From contig NW_024704743.1 of the NCBI RefSeq assembly GCF_018977255.1, forward strand, positions 43,960,001 through 44,024,000: 64,000 nucleotides of DNA, in the 5' to 3' direction. The notes below the pieces were generated by a model. That model did no database searches. It was not told the origin of the DNA and saw only the letters and a list, made by a program, of their open reading frames with translations. This document shows positions 26,434-39,734 of the stretch, in pieces (position 1 is the stretch's first letter; every line of letters begins with the position of its first letter). The DNA comes from Callorhinchus milii (lineage: Eukaryota). The position numbers were made by a program, and so were the translations under genes.

Positions 26434-27036
26434 GAATGAGTGGCATCTTTCCTTTCCTTTCCTTTTGCAACATTTGCAAATCGCACAACTCGACAACTCA
26501 CCGTGTGTGGTGTGTGGTGTGGAAGTCTTCTGCTCTCCTCCTCTCTCTCTCTCTCTCTTTCTCACCGTCCGGACGGAATATTGACCGCGTTTCGTGGGCA
26601 AAGTGACAGCTCCTCACACCACATCACATCACATCGCACCCATCACCTTCCCCTCACACAGCAAGTGGGACCACTGTTAGCCGTTGAACTCACTGCAGAC
26701 ATCGATGCAGCGACCCTGCAGCCCCTCCACTTCCCTCGGGTGCCCGGGGAGCCAGACTGTATAACTGCATTGCATCCGTGGGTATAAGTTTTTATTTTAA
26801 TAATAATAATGCATGCATGCAGAAAAAAAAATCCAATTTGTTTTCCCTCGGCTCTCACTCAACAGGGGAACTGTCACTGGGATTTTTTTTTGCACACACA
26901 CACACACACACACACACACAAGTTGTCAGTTGGAGACAGCAGATGTTCTCTGCCTGAGAAACTGGTCAGACTTCTCTTAACAAGTTGTGTGCAAATATAT
27001 TTCGGGTTTGTGTGAAGGACGTGGACAGAAGAGAAT

Positions 27037-27150
27037 TTCGCCCACAAATATACGGTCAATTCGCTTTGCAGTCTATCCTGTGAAGCGCTTTGAGACGTCG
27101 AGAAGACGTGAAAAGCGCTATATCAAATGCAAGGGTTATTATTATTATTA
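27037..27150 (+). mobile_element. 5'-truncated SINE (3' module only)
   Basis: ttcgcccacaaatatac...gcgctatatcaaatgcaaggg(tta)n. Confidence 0.85.
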
Positions 27151-27351
27151 ATTGAGAGAAAATTGTGCTTTTTTTAAAAAAAAAGACATAAATTCTTCTT
27201 CTTCGACCGAGTCTATGGTCACCTCCCACTCCCCAGCTCGGCTTCGTGCTCCGCCGTTATCAAGTGCCCTGTGTGAGGGGCACTATGTAAATGCAAGTTG
27301 TTGTTGTTGTAAAACCTGCTGTGCAGAGATGGCTCTCTCTAAAAGAGAGGT

Positions 27352-27656
27352 GGAGTCCTGTAGTTCAGTGGTTAGAGCACTCGCCTCCCAAGGTTCAATT
27401 CCCGGCAGGGCAAAACCTTGGCCAAGTTTCCTTACTCCACACACCTAATAATAATCCCTCAAGAAAAAAAATAATAAATTAGTCACTTCAATCCACGACT
27501 GTTTGTGGGACACTGCTGTGCGCAATAGGCTGCCGTGTTTCGCCCACAAATATACAGTCAATTCACTTTACAGTATATTCTGTGAAGTGCTTTGAGACAT
27601 CCGGAAGACATGATAAGGCACTATGTCAAATGCAAGGATTATTATTATTGTTATTA
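27352..27656 (+). mobile_element. tRNA-derived SINE, short form
   Basis: ggagtcctgtagttcagtggttagagcactcgc head and complete 3' module. Confidence 0.92.
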
Positions 27657-27949
27657 TGGCTGGAAATGCTGCATGGACAAAAGGGCCTGGATAAGCCCTG
27701 ATGCTTTTCTGTCCATTTGCTCCTATCTGACTGGTCAGGACCACAAGTGGGACACTCACTTTCAGGTCCGCTCCTGTTGGACTAACGGGACAGTGCAAGA
27801 GGTGTCGGGCACACTTGTGCTAAGTTATTCTTTTCTTCGCAAGGGTTTAGTAAATGAAATGAATAAAGGAGTCTTGAAATAAATCCTCAAACATACAGCA
27901 AATATTTAAAAAATATTTTATAGTTTTGAACAATTTAATATTGAGAACA

Positions 27950-28695
27950 TAATCGCCCACAAAATAAACAGTCAATCCATTTTGCAATAAATTTTGTGAA
28001 GCGCTTTGAGACATCTCAATACGTGGTAAGGCACTATACCAAATGCAACGATTATTATATTGGGAAAAAGAGCAGGAAAGTGGAATTAATAATAAAAGGT
28101 GATACAGTATACAGGTAGCTGTAGCACAGACAGGATGGGCTGATGCATTCATTCACACAGAGGCTTGTGAAGATTTGATATGTCTGACCAGAAAGGTAGT
28201 GGAGGACATCAGTTTAGAGTTTTAAGGGGCAATTTCAGTACAGATACCAGGAAGTTTTTCTTTACACAAAAGGTAATTAATGGTTATCACTGCTAAAGGT
28301 GCTAGAGGCCAAGATACTGGACTCGTTTAAGCAGCTTGATGCAGTGATGGAGAGGACAGTATGTTGGGTGTCTGGGAGAGATGAGATTGGATGGGCAAAA
28401 GACCTTCATTCAAAGGCCTTTTGTGCCGATTTTGTTTTGCCCCAAAAATATACAGTCAATTCACTTTTCAGTATACACTGTGACTCACTTTGAGACATCT
28501 TGACAACATGATAAGGCGCTATATAAAATGCAAGGATTTTTATTATTATTATTATCCAGACCAATCTTGTGATCTTGCGAGTAGTTAAGGAGTATGGCAA
28601 AAGGACAAGCCACTTGAATTAAAACACCTGGCAAGAACTAATATACCGGTGGAAAAGGCAGGTTGGACTGAATGGTCTCCTGTTCTTATGTTTCC
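27950..28695 (+). mobile_element. Mosaic of CR1 3' fragments and two 5'-truncated SINE tails (about 27950-28060 and 28435-28555)
   Basis: CR1-like gataccaggaagtttttctttacacaaaaggtaattaa...gctagaggcc; SINE tails cccacaaaat...aaatgcaa.gattattat. Confidence 0.7.
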
Positions 28696-29299
28696 AAATC
28701 GCACTTTAATTAATTCTAAAATGAATTAATTGTTCAATTATTATAGATATATTGTGCATTAAGTTTGTGGGTTTAAAACATTACATAATAAAAGTGTTAT
28801 TTTCCCTTTATCAGTAATTTTATTGACTTTTGACAATGTGTAATGGGATAAACTGATGTAAGTCTCATTGCAACAGATCAATATATGTAGCAACAATAAC
28901 AACTTGCATTTAGATAGTGCCCTTCACATGGAGTGATGTCAGCAGGCCATAACAATTGGGAGAATAACCTGAAATTCAACAGAGAGATAGAACGTATCCA
29001 GTCCTACAGTTTATGTTCACATTCACCATCAGCAACCTGATATTCTTTTCAACAGAACTGCTTGTTATACTTTTCTCACTCGTGCTCCTTGATGTAATTT
29101 TGGCAACCACTTTTCAAATGCAAAAATAGAAATAGATAAAATTGGTCATTCACTGCATGGTTGTTTGTGGGACATTGTGCGTGTGCTTTGGTTGCCACAC
29201 TCTACTACAAGTACAGCCATTATATTTCACAGTAAAATCCTGTAATGTGCCTTAAAATGTATTGACAACATAACAGGATGCTATCAAATACAAGGATTA

Positions 29300-29800
29300 T
29301 TACACCATCCTTCCTAAGGCTGGGTGCCCAAAACACAGAACATAATACTCCAAATGAGGTTTTGACCAACAGTCTATATAACCGGAGAAACAACTCCTTA
29401 CTTATATATTCCAGATCATTCTAAAAATGACATTCCCATATGCCTCACTGACCGATTTCTGCATCTGGAAATTACATTTTAATGAATGAATCCCCTATAT
29501 CTCACTGCTCATCGACATCTTCTAGGGAATTCTCCCATTTAAAACATACTCCAGCCACTGTCTTCCATCTTAACTCACACTGCAATTGTAACCAACATTC
29601 TCCATTCTCTTAATCTCTCATCTTTGTAATATTTGCTTCTTCAAAATATAAGACTCCTCCTAATTTCGTGTCATTCCCAAATTAGAAAGTGTCCCCTCTA
29701 TTTCTGTTACCGGCTCATTGATATATAGAGTGAAAAGCTGTACCTCAGCATTGATACCTGAGAGGTATCACTTGACATTTCCCATCAATTAGAAAATATC
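29300..29800 (-). mobile_element. CR1 LINE RT fragment, decayed
   Basis: Minus strand encodes a degenerate LYRLLV.PHLEYCV.FWAP motif and a degenerate F..DTKLGG motif. Confidence 0.72.
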
Positions 29801-29844
29801 TCTTTCATACATTTTTATTACTTTAACAACAAAATTCCATTTGT

Positions 29845-30022
29845 ATAATAATCCTTGCATTTGACATAGCGCTTTTCACGTCTTCTAGACAACTCAAAGC
29901 GCTTCACAGAATATGCTGTAAAGTGAATTGACTGTATATTTGTGGGCGAAACGTGGCAGCCAATTGTGCACAGCAGTGTCCCACAAACAGTCGTGGATTG
30001 AAGTGACCAATTTATTATTGTT
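29845..30022 (-). mobile_element. SINE 3' half
   Basis: Reverse-orientation tail and 3' module, abutting the next full copy. Confidence 0.9.
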
Positions 30023-30025
30023 TTA

Positions 30026-30344
30026 TATAATAATAATAATAATCCTTGCATTTGATATAGCGCTTTTCACGTCGGGAGGACGTCCCAAAGTGCTTCACAG
30101 AACACACTGTAAAGTGAATTGACTGTATATTTGTGGGCGAACGCGGCAGCCAATTGCGCACAGCAATGTCCCACAAACAGTCGTAGATTGAAAATGACCA
30201 ATTTATTATTGTTTTTGGTTTTGGAGGGATTATTATTAGGCGTGTGGAGTAAGGAAACTTGCCCAATGTTTTGCTCTGCCTGAAATTGATCCCAGGTCTC
30301 TCGCTTGAGAGGCGAGTGCTCTAACCACTGAGCTACAGGACTCC
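30026..30344 (-). mobile_element. tRNA-derived SINE, short form with L2-type tail variant
   Basis: Full length; tail reads gggacgtcctcccgacgtgaaaagcgct on the minus strand. Confidence 0.92.
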
Positions 30345-30345
30345 A

Positions 30346-30560
30346 CATAGTGCCTTTTATGTCGGGAGGAGGTCCCAAGGCACTGGACAATCAGTGTTTC
30401 AGACCCGAGCTGGGGGTTGGGATGCGGAAGGGTGGAGGGCGGTGGGGGAGGGGGAAGGAGGATGATCGAAGGCATGGTTGAAGAGGATGGTCTTGAGATG
30501 GGTCTAAAAGGAGGGAAGGGAGGGGGTGAGGCAGAGGGACTTCAGGAGTTTCAGAGTTTA
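30346..30560 (-). mobile_element. L2 LINE 3' end (host of the two SINEs)
   Basis: atagtgccttttatgtcgggaggaggtcccaaggcactggaca...gaagaggatggtcttgag; the tip of the tail (aacaacaaaattccatttgta) lies at 29826-29845. Confidence 0.82.
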
Positions 30561-31064
30561 ACAGAGATGGAGTTTAACACAAGCCATCATAAATATGGAG
30601 TGCAATTTAAAATTCTCATATTATATGAGAATATAATTTAGGACATCATCATTTTTCAACCCATTTCTAAACTTATTTTCCTCCTCCTGTTTTTCTCCCA
30701 ATTGCTTCACTTACCATTTGCTGCTTAGAATATTTGTAAAACATCTGCTTCTAGTTTGTTCAACAGCACTCCAAAGTGCATGTCTGTGACTTCTTTTCTT
30801 CTCTGTGAGGTGGAGTTGGAACGCTGCTCACCACTTTCTTAGATAGCAGTCACATAAATTAAGTCGAATAATCCAGTATATCTAAACTGATTCCTAGCAA
30901 TCTGAATCACACAAATAGGAGCATTTTCCAGTATGCCATGCCAACCTGCAAGGCTTCCATTTGATGAGATTTATTTCCATAGTGGAGTTCTAACAGATGA
31001 GAAATATAGTATTGAAAATAAGATTCATTGTAGTCTACCATCTTGGAACTCCCTTAGGTGATGA

Positions 31065-31432
31065 ATAATAATAATTAATCCTTGCATTTAATAAAGCTCA
31101 TTTCACATCACAAGGACATCTCCCCACATGAAAGGTGCTACACAAAGGTCATTTTGTAGTTGTTCTGGTCTCTTCTTCACAGGACTTAGTGCAAAATGCA
31201 GTGATTTTGTAGGCAAACACAGCAGCCAATTTATGCACAGTTTGTCCCACAAACAGCCATTTGAACCAGTAGACAGGATCTCAGTTTAATATCTTATTTG
31301 AAGGACTCAAACAATGCAGCACTCCCCCCAATACTGCATTGGAGCGTCAGTCTAGACAATACAAGTTCAAAGATCCAACATGAATCCACAATCGTTTTAC
31401 ACAGAGTGTTACCAATTAAGCAAGGCTGACAC
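31065..31432 (-). mobile_element. Deu-type SINE, decayed
   Basis: Shared tail plus gacaggatctcagtttaatatct.atttgaagga...gcagcactccc. Confidence 0.7.
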
Positions 31433-33819
31433 CTAAATGGTGCATTTATATTACTGAAAATGATACAAAGTTGTTTCCATGGGTACAGTAATGTGGAACC
31501 GATTTACACTTCTTGCTCCACACCATACAGCACAGAGGCCATTAAAAACAAACAGAGATTTGAACTGTTTCAAGTTAGCCTTCAGATCACATAGTCTTAA
31601 AAATTGAGACATGAGGAATATTGGAAAATTCTTAAATTCAGTTTTAATTTTGAAGCTATTTTTCTCCAGTTGATAAAATAGATCAAGTGGTAAAGCTCAG
31701 CCATGAGAATTGTGATTCCCAGATTTATGAGTTCTGCACATCGTAAACTTAGCACATGCAAAGAACTCTGAAATTACAGGTTACTTATGTTGTGTTAGCA
31801 AAGACTCAGTTGTGTAACTGACTCTTTAATACAATTTGAAAAATAGCCTTTGAAAGTTCCTTGGTTATTGTTGGAGAGCTTCCAAGGGACCATCTGGGAG
31901 AAGTGTTCAAATTGATTCACACCCACTGTATTTACACCACAGTGGGGAGCAAATCAATTTGGTCATTAAAAAAATACCTCCCATAGGTAGTGTGAGCAAT
32001 AGGCATCCAGCTCAATTTGGGCACTCACCAGATTCAGACCACATGATTCACAGTGAATTGCTTCCAAACTCGTAGCAATTCATTGCAAAACGTAGAGTAT
32101 AAACCCAGGAAAGATATTACAGGCAAAGCACTGACTGATGAGGAAAGCAATATTTAGGCCAAGGCAGCACTATAAATTTGATCTGATTTGATTTCAGCCA
32201 AACTGACATGAAAACATGTCACAGTAATTCAATCTAAACATAAAACAAGTAGAATGCATTTTTAAATTAGTTGCAAATGACTGCCAGAATGTAAATATGT
32301 TCTTTCCATTTCAACATTCAACGATTTATGCAGCATCATTCACTCAGGGGAGCGTCTCAGAATGCTGAACAATGGCATAGTTTGACGTGGAGCTGAGGAG
32401 AAATGGGACGCACGGTCGAAGGGGAAAGTCTTCAGATGCCATCTGAAGATAATAATTACTATTATTGAAATGAAAAGAAGATGGGTAAAGAAGGCAAAAT
32501 GCAGAGTGTTTTTATTATTTTAATTTATTTTATTGTATTTATTACAAATTCATTTTCTTTTATATTATTTATTAATAATTAAATGCATATGAAACTTTCT
32601 AAGAGAATACAGAGCAGGAATTGCCGCCAATTACAGTTACTGGATAGTGGGCCTCTCAATAAAGTAAAGTCGGAGTTCTGGTTGTTGCTGTGTTAAATGC
32701 AAACTCTTATTTCCTCAGTTTCCAATTTACAGAAATCCTTTATGTGAAAACATTTGCAATTACACATTAGGCCCTACTGGATGAAGTAACTGAAGGAGAA
32801 ATATTATCTTGTCTTTTAAGTTTAATGGGGTCAAGTAGTTATTAGGTCATTAGTACACTTATTTTTGCCTCTAAATGAAACATTAGCAATCTTAAGATAT
32901 CATAACAGTTGTCATTTCATTGTTGTAGTGGTTTACTGTTTGGATAATGGTGTCAACAAGTGGGAAACGAGGCAGAACTGAGCTTGAAGGGAGAGGCCAT
33001 GAAAACAGAAACAAATATTTTCATATAAAGGGAGATTTTGTCCAGTCGCATCCCATTTGTTTGTTTGCATGCATGCAGGCAGGCAATTTATGTATACATA
33101 CATAAAAACAACTTGCATTTATATTGCATTCTTCACTGAATGTAGCACCTCAGAAAAGATTTAAAACCAGAATGAAAGTAAGTCAAGTAAGGGGAGTGAG
33201 TACAAAGAGGTAATGAAATCAAATTTCCAAGAATCTGTGAATGTGAACTCATTCGATGGCGATCACAGAGTTGACACCTTCTGCCCTGAGATTCAGGTTC
33301 CACACCTCATTTTTAACAAAGGCTTTAAAGGTCAGTTTGAACATAATAGACAGTCATCTCGGTGTCACTTGAGATCCCACCTTTTAAAAAAGTTTCAGGG
33401 CTACAATACATAGTTGAAGTTCAGCACACAGTGCATCAGAGGGACGTCAGCAGAATTCTTCATTCCTCTATAATTGACTGTTACCTTTTGTTCAGAGAGG
33501 CAACAACCCGAAGCCTGCAAGAGTATGGTAATATTTCTTGTAAATTCTGAGGCTTCTTAAAGAAAAAAATTACATTTTAAGGAAATTTGTGTTAAAATGT
33601 CTCAATAACAGATATTTACTGCCAACTGTTGTCATTGTTTTTGAAGGCAAACATAGAAAAGTGTCCGGAATGTACAGGACAAGTAACTCATGTAGTTTAC
33701 TGAAATATTAAATCACTGCTGGGGAGATCATGCCTCATCTTTTTTTCCCTTGTATCCATTTGCATCAGCAAGGTTTTACTAATAGCTAATTTGTCAAATT
33801 TTTGGCACTGTCAAATATT

Positions 33820-34230
33820 AATAATCCTTGCATTTGGTACAGTGCCTTTCACATTGTGAGGACATCTCAAAGCGCTTCACAGAATTTTACCGTGAAGTAT
33901 TTTTTGGCAAACACAGCAGCTAATTTGTGCATAGTGATGTCTCACAAATTGTCATGAAGTGAATGACCAATTTTATTTGGGGTATTATTAGCCAGGACAC
34001 TGGGAGAAACTCCCTTCTCTTTTTGAATAGTGCCATTGGGTCTTTAACAGGCAGATGGAACCTCAGTTTAATGTCTCATCTGAAGGATAGTACCTCCAGT
34101 AATGCCACATCCCCCCAGCACTGCATTGGAGTTACAGTTTAGACTATGTGATTCTAAGTCTCAATGTGGGATTTGAACCCACAACCTTGTGACTCAGGGG
34201 TGGGAGTGCACAACTGTGTCAGGGTGACAC
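33820..34230 (-). mobile_element. Deu-domain SINE, near full length
   Basis: gccaggacactgggagaaactcccttctctttttgaatagtgccattggg...gggatttgaacccacaaccttgtgactcag. Confidence 0.82.
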
Positions 34231-35594
34231 ACAAACAAGAGTAAATTTAGATCCAGATGAAATTTCTCCCTATACATCTGCTTGTGTGAAGTGGGCATTA
34301 ATGCAAGGGAAGTTCCCAAAAGCCGTTCTAAATGTATCTATATGAATATTTTAATCAAAAAGAGTTATGAAAACATTTACATGGTGCTGTTCTAAATGTT
34401 TTTTGTTTCTCCTTTCTGGTTCTTCTGTATAACAGATTTCCACTGTACTGCCTCAGAAAAGGATTTCAACATCTTCTGGTAAGGAATCAGGGTTTGCTGC
34501 TCTTAAATGCCAACGAATTTGCACAACCGAGTAAAAGTTCTCTTATCACTGAAAAGTACAATTAATTTTTTGAATTCATATACGCAACTAGCTGTGATGT
34601 TAGAGCGCTGGAGTAAGTAGAAAACAACCTCAAACCTAGGCTCATATTAGAGCTTCCCTTTGTGCTCCTCCAGTTACAGACAGTTACAGCTGTTTGTGGA
34701 ATGGAACAATGGAAAAATGAAGAGCAGGTCCTACATTCCCAGACTACTTTGTTTCTCCTCTGCCATTCTTCCTCCTCCTCCTTCTCAACTAATGAAGCAT
34801 CATGTTGGTGCCTAATTTGGGAGGGGGACAGTGAGGGGATATTTATACTGTAAATAAACTAAAGCGTATACTACTCTTGGGTACAGAAAAAGCAAGTCAA
34901 TGGACTGGTCGCCAGATGAATAGCTTAATGCATAGAAAAGTGTCCGGAATATAGAAGATAACTGTCATGTTATTTACTGAAATATTAAATCACTGCAGGG
35001 GAGATCATGCCTCATCTTTTGTCCCTTGGATCTACATGACCAATTCATCAGATTACCGAGATGCAGTTCCGAATTGTTCGCCAGTTCTCCATCCAGTGTT
35101 TGATCAAGAACTGTCAAAGTTCATCGTCAAGACAAGCCTGTCACTGTCAAACCTGAAATTTAAACCCAATATCTGTTCACTGAAAGTGCATCAGTGCGCT
35201 GCTAGAGTTGACCTACAACTAATAAGTGTGTGTGTGTGGGGTGGGGGAGGCTGATTGCACATCAAGCACATCTGTGTTTCCTGAAGTGGAAAAAATTGTT
35301 CCTGTGGTATCAGACAGGAGAGTCTTATGTTTTGACTGTGGATGTTGTGCTACTGTTGTACTAAATCTCAGCCTGGATAAAGGTTCATGAAGATTAGCAA
35401 GCACAGCAGACAAAAAATAACATCTCATGATGACTGGTTTCTCCTTTTCCCACCAACACACACATGCACCCACGCACACAGTGTAACACAAATATTAACA
35501 GCTCTAATTGCCACCACTGATGAGATGAAAATAATATTTAATTATTAAAAGCCTCCATTAGCTTTCAAGATTGAAATTATTGTACTTATTATTT

Positions 35595-35772
35595 TAATAA
35601 TTTGGTCACTCAGTCCACAACTGTTTATGGGACATTGCTACACGCAGTTGGTTGCTGCATATTACCCACAAAATAAACAGTCAATTCACTTTACAATATA
35701 TTCTGTGAAGCGCTTTGAGACATCTCAATGATATAAGGCGTTATATCAAATGCAAGGATTATAATTATTATT
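35595..35772 (+). mobile_element. SINE 3' half
   Basis: tttggtcactc...gaagcgctttgagac...aaatgcaaggatt. Confidence 0.85.
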
Positions 35773-37324
35773 TCATCCTATGCTACATCAACCACTCCTG
35801 TTTGCTCATAAAGTACATCAAGCCTAACTAACATACAAGCTATTTTATAATTAGAGTATTTTGTATTTTTAATGAAACAGTGACACTAATTAACACTGAA
35901 TGATTTTTAGCAACCAACAAACTCAATGACAGACAGCAAAAGTCAAGTGATCTTTTACCTGCAGTGCTGGAAATGTCACTCTTGCAAAGCTTAATGTATT
36001 TCAGGTACATAATAGCACATTTGTAATCAACTACAAATATAAACTGGTTTATTAAATTCAATTTATGTGGTACAAATACAATGTGAAAGATCATTAAAAT
36101 TCTTCTGCTAATTGTATTGTTCCATAAAAATGTTTCCCAATACAGTGAATCTCTGAAAAATGTACGACAGGTAATACCTCTGAATAATTTTATTCTTTAT
36201 GTAAACAAACCAAGTTTATTTTCTGGAACAATCGGAAACAGTAAATCTATGTTTTGCAGAAACTAGTACTTAAATTTACAATCAAATGCGATGGCTGGGG
36301 GGAAATGGTTTTGCAGAATTGCAGTATTTCAGCTGAAATTAGCATCATGCCCCTCAATCGTCCCAACAGCAAGTTTGTAGCTGAAGGAAACTGTCTGTAA
36401 AACCAAAAGCATTTCCCTTGATAATCAAAATGTATTTAATAGAATGATCATTATTTAATTGACTGCTTCGGCAATTACTGTGAATTGCCCTTAAATTCTA
36501 CCATAATTCTTGTTCTCTTTATGGAGAGTGATCCAATGGTTTCGTACTAAATATACGGTTGCCTGGAAAATCTACTGTGGGCTGGTTTTGTTTTAGTTGT
36601 GTTTTGTTTAAGATTATAACACATATGCACTGTGCTGCACTTTAATGCAGTATTTGTGTTCATTTCTTTCATGTCTTACCATAGGAATAATAAAATAGAA
36701 TCCATATTTGAACACACAGGGTGCTTCTGAGAAAACATAGTGACCCTGATATCCATATCTAGTTAAATTGAATTCTACATAATGGCTTGTACAGACATAA
36801 GGGTAAACAAGCTTCTAATTAAATACAGGTTTTATCTTTGTTTAAAATATATATACTAATGTTAATGAGAGAAAGATTCACTGAAACTCTGCAATGAAAT
36901 AGCAGTCAGAAACAGGTTTAAAGCATTTCAAATGCATTTTTATTAAAGAGTGTTACTTTGTAAGTTACAAAATTAAAACAAAAACAACTAGAGGTTTAAA
37001 TTGGAACAGTTCTGTCAACAAAATAATTTGAATAAATGCAATTTAATGCAACTTACTTTGCTTTAAAAAAATTCCTTGTTATTGTAAAATTCTTAATTGG
37101 TATTCATTACTGAGTGGGGTTCAGAGAAGTATTATTTTCGTATTCAAATTTCATGGTTTCTGAGGCTTTTAACTTTTCAGCTCCTGCTGCTTTTGGATAA
37201 ATATCTGTCTGTGAGTATCTTTGTAGTTGGAAGCAGTTCTTATCAATGATTTTTTTTCTCAACTAAGTTGGAGTAAAGTATCTCCTCTGTGCTAAGCCAA
37301 AGCTTTCAGAATCCTTTGCAATTA

Positions 37325-37890
37325 ACAACAACAACATTATATTTGTATAGCGCCTTTCACGTCAGGAGGACATCCCAAAGCGTTGGACAGAGTACAGCAT
37401 TTCAGACCCGTGCTGGGGTCAAAGTGGGGGAAGGGAGGGAAGGGGAAGGGGTATGGCTGATGGCGTGGTCGAAGAGGAGGGTCTTGAGGCAGGACTTGAA
37501 GGAGGCTAAGGAGGGGGCGAGGCGGAGTGACTGGGGGATGGAATTCCAGAGGTTGGGGGCAGAGTGGCTGAAGGCTCTCCCGCCAATGGTGGGGCGGGTG
37601 GGTCGGGGACGTGGAGCAGGCCAGAGCCGGCTGAGCGGAGGGAACAGGCGGGTTGGTAGGGGGTTAGGAGGTCCCAGAGGTAGGGTGGTGCGAGGCCATG
37701 GAGGGCATTGTTTGTGAGGACCAGGATCTTGAACTGGATCCTCTGAAGGATAGGGAGCCAGTGGAGTCGGATGAGAATGGGGGAGATGGGGTCACGGAGT
37801 TTGGTGTGGGAGAGGACACAGGCTGCAGAGTTCTGCATTATCTGCAGCCTGTGGAGGGAGGAGTTGGGAAGGCCATCAAGCAGGGCGTTA
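37325..37890 (-). mobile_element. L2 LINE 3' part
   Basis: ORF 37506-37901 NALLDGLPNSSLHRLQIMQNSAA...LHWLPILQRIQFKIL; (CAA)n tail. Confidence 0.92.
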
Positions 37891-39144
37891 AGGAGTATCA
37901 CTACAGAATCAAGATACTATTGATAACGCATCACTGTGAAAGTATTAATACGTATGACATACATGATACCAGTTTACAAATGAGATGGTGGGGTGGGTGG
38001 AATAATATGATGAGTCTTTGTTTTAACTACCAACTTCTGAAAGTAGACATTGTGAGATTTGAGAAAGCGTCTGCAAGTTTCTGTCCCGAAAAGAACAGAA
38101 CAAGTAGGACTGAAGCGATTGCTCTTTAAAAGAGCCAGTACAGACATAACAGGCCAAATGGCGTTGTGTGCTGCAAATTTCTATGGTTTCCATTGTTCTA
38201 TGAAATACTCTTTCGACAACAACAAGATTCCATTTATAGAGCGCCTTTCACCTCGGGAGGACGCCTTTCAGCACCACACCTGATCAAAATGTCTGAAAGT
38301 CAAAGCAATTAAATTATTTTTATGCATAGTTGCTTTTTGTTGAAAGTAATGGAAAGAATAAGTGGCACTCATGAACAGATTAAGACTTACCTTCAGTGTT
38401 TGCAATCACTCAGGTGCTGATGGCTATACCTTGGTCCTAGTGCTCAAACTCTACCCTGCTATTTGCTGGATATCTGCTACTAATTTGAATGTCCACCAGC
38501 ATCTTACAAATGACCAACATGCTGATTCTGCTGGAGACCATTTTCCTCATAAAGTCTACTTCAATTTTGTTAATGTTATTCTACTAACTCAGCTGCCAGT
38601 CCCCTAGTGATTGATAGTTTCCTTTCCTCCAAATTATCACGTAATGCTCCAAACAATGACACTTTCCCCAACAACTTTCATCTATAGCATTCTAAATGGA
38701 CTCACGTCTTTTGAAAATGCATCTGCATAACAAGCTGCAAGTGGAGCTAGCACGCAGGAGGCTACGGCATATCACTGCATTTTTGGCAGAGGTCCAGAGA
38801 AACAACCTTTCTCCACCATCTGAAAGCTACAAGCTAACGTTGACAAGGAGGATAAAATTACCATAACTGACCACCTCTCTCATAACTAGCATCTATTCAA
38901 CTTTAGTGACAATTTCTTTTAGTTCACAGACTTCACATTTACACAGACACTTGGACATAACTTTCTGACTGTGTTGGAAAGGTATAGCACCTAAGACATT
39001 GTCAGTTGTCCGATGAAGATTATAAAACATCTTCAAAGAACTGCAGCAGATTTACAGTCTATTGACATTCTATAATTATTTATGGCTTTTGGTGGTTGTG
39101 TTGTTATGTAGCTGCCATTGTTTTCATTCTTTATATGTTTGTCA

Positions 39145-39284
39145 GGTCTCTGCTGAAGACCTTTCTTTTCGACCGCGCCTTTGGTCACCTTCCTTTCCCT
39201 GGTTCGGTCCCGGGATCCGTTGCTGCGAAACGCTCTAAGACGCCGTCCGGCGTGGAGGGCGCTATATAAATCTAAATTGTTGTT
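39145..39284 (+). mobile_element. L2 LINE 3' terminus (second tail type, also at about 53625-53687)
   Basis: ctgaagacctttcttttcgacc...gacgcc..cggcgtggagggcgctatataaat...(ttg)n. Confidence 0.8.
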
Positions 39285-39734
39285 ATCATCTCCAATTGTT
39301 TAACACATATACAATTGGCTATGCTTTGTTAGTGACAGAGATATGGGGTAGGATTCAAAATTATTAATGGCATTAATTATTCTACTTTTAATTAGCCAAG
39401 ATTGTACTATATTCTCTAATAATCCTTCATGTATAATGCCCTTTCATTTCTAAAAGAGATTTTGATAAATATTTTATGTGATATTCATACATGCAAGTTT
39501 TATTAGCTTGCTAATACTGGTCTGTATACTTTTCACTAATTACATTTCTTATGTTTAAAGATCATTGTTGGTCTGAAAATAAATAAAGATCCATAGACCT
39601 TGTGCTTTGTGTGCAAGCCTTCAAAACCATCTTGCGTTGTTCAGAGTTGCAATGCAGAAGATTAACAAGCTGGTATATTATTATAATGCAATACAAAGGA
39701 TAAAGGAGATATAGAAAGCCACTAGTATTTTGAA

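Larger units (their letters stand above)
24410..26800 (-). promoter_or_regulatory. Probable CpG-island-like promoter/first-exon region of an unidentified minus-strand gene
   Basis: Unique segments (24410-24710, 26000-26800) are GC-rich and retain CpGs, unlike the CpG-depleted flanks; free of LINE/SINE; three minus-strand donors (intron GT starting at 24586, 26501, 26693). Confidence 0.5.

Noticed and set aside
25548..26601. His/Thr-, Cys/Val- and Gly/Arg/Ala-rich ORFs
   Set aside because: Translations of TG, CT and pentamer microsatellites
35517..35531. CTGATGA...GAAA hammerhead core (also near 32135)
   Set aside because: No stem II and no flanking stems I/III visible
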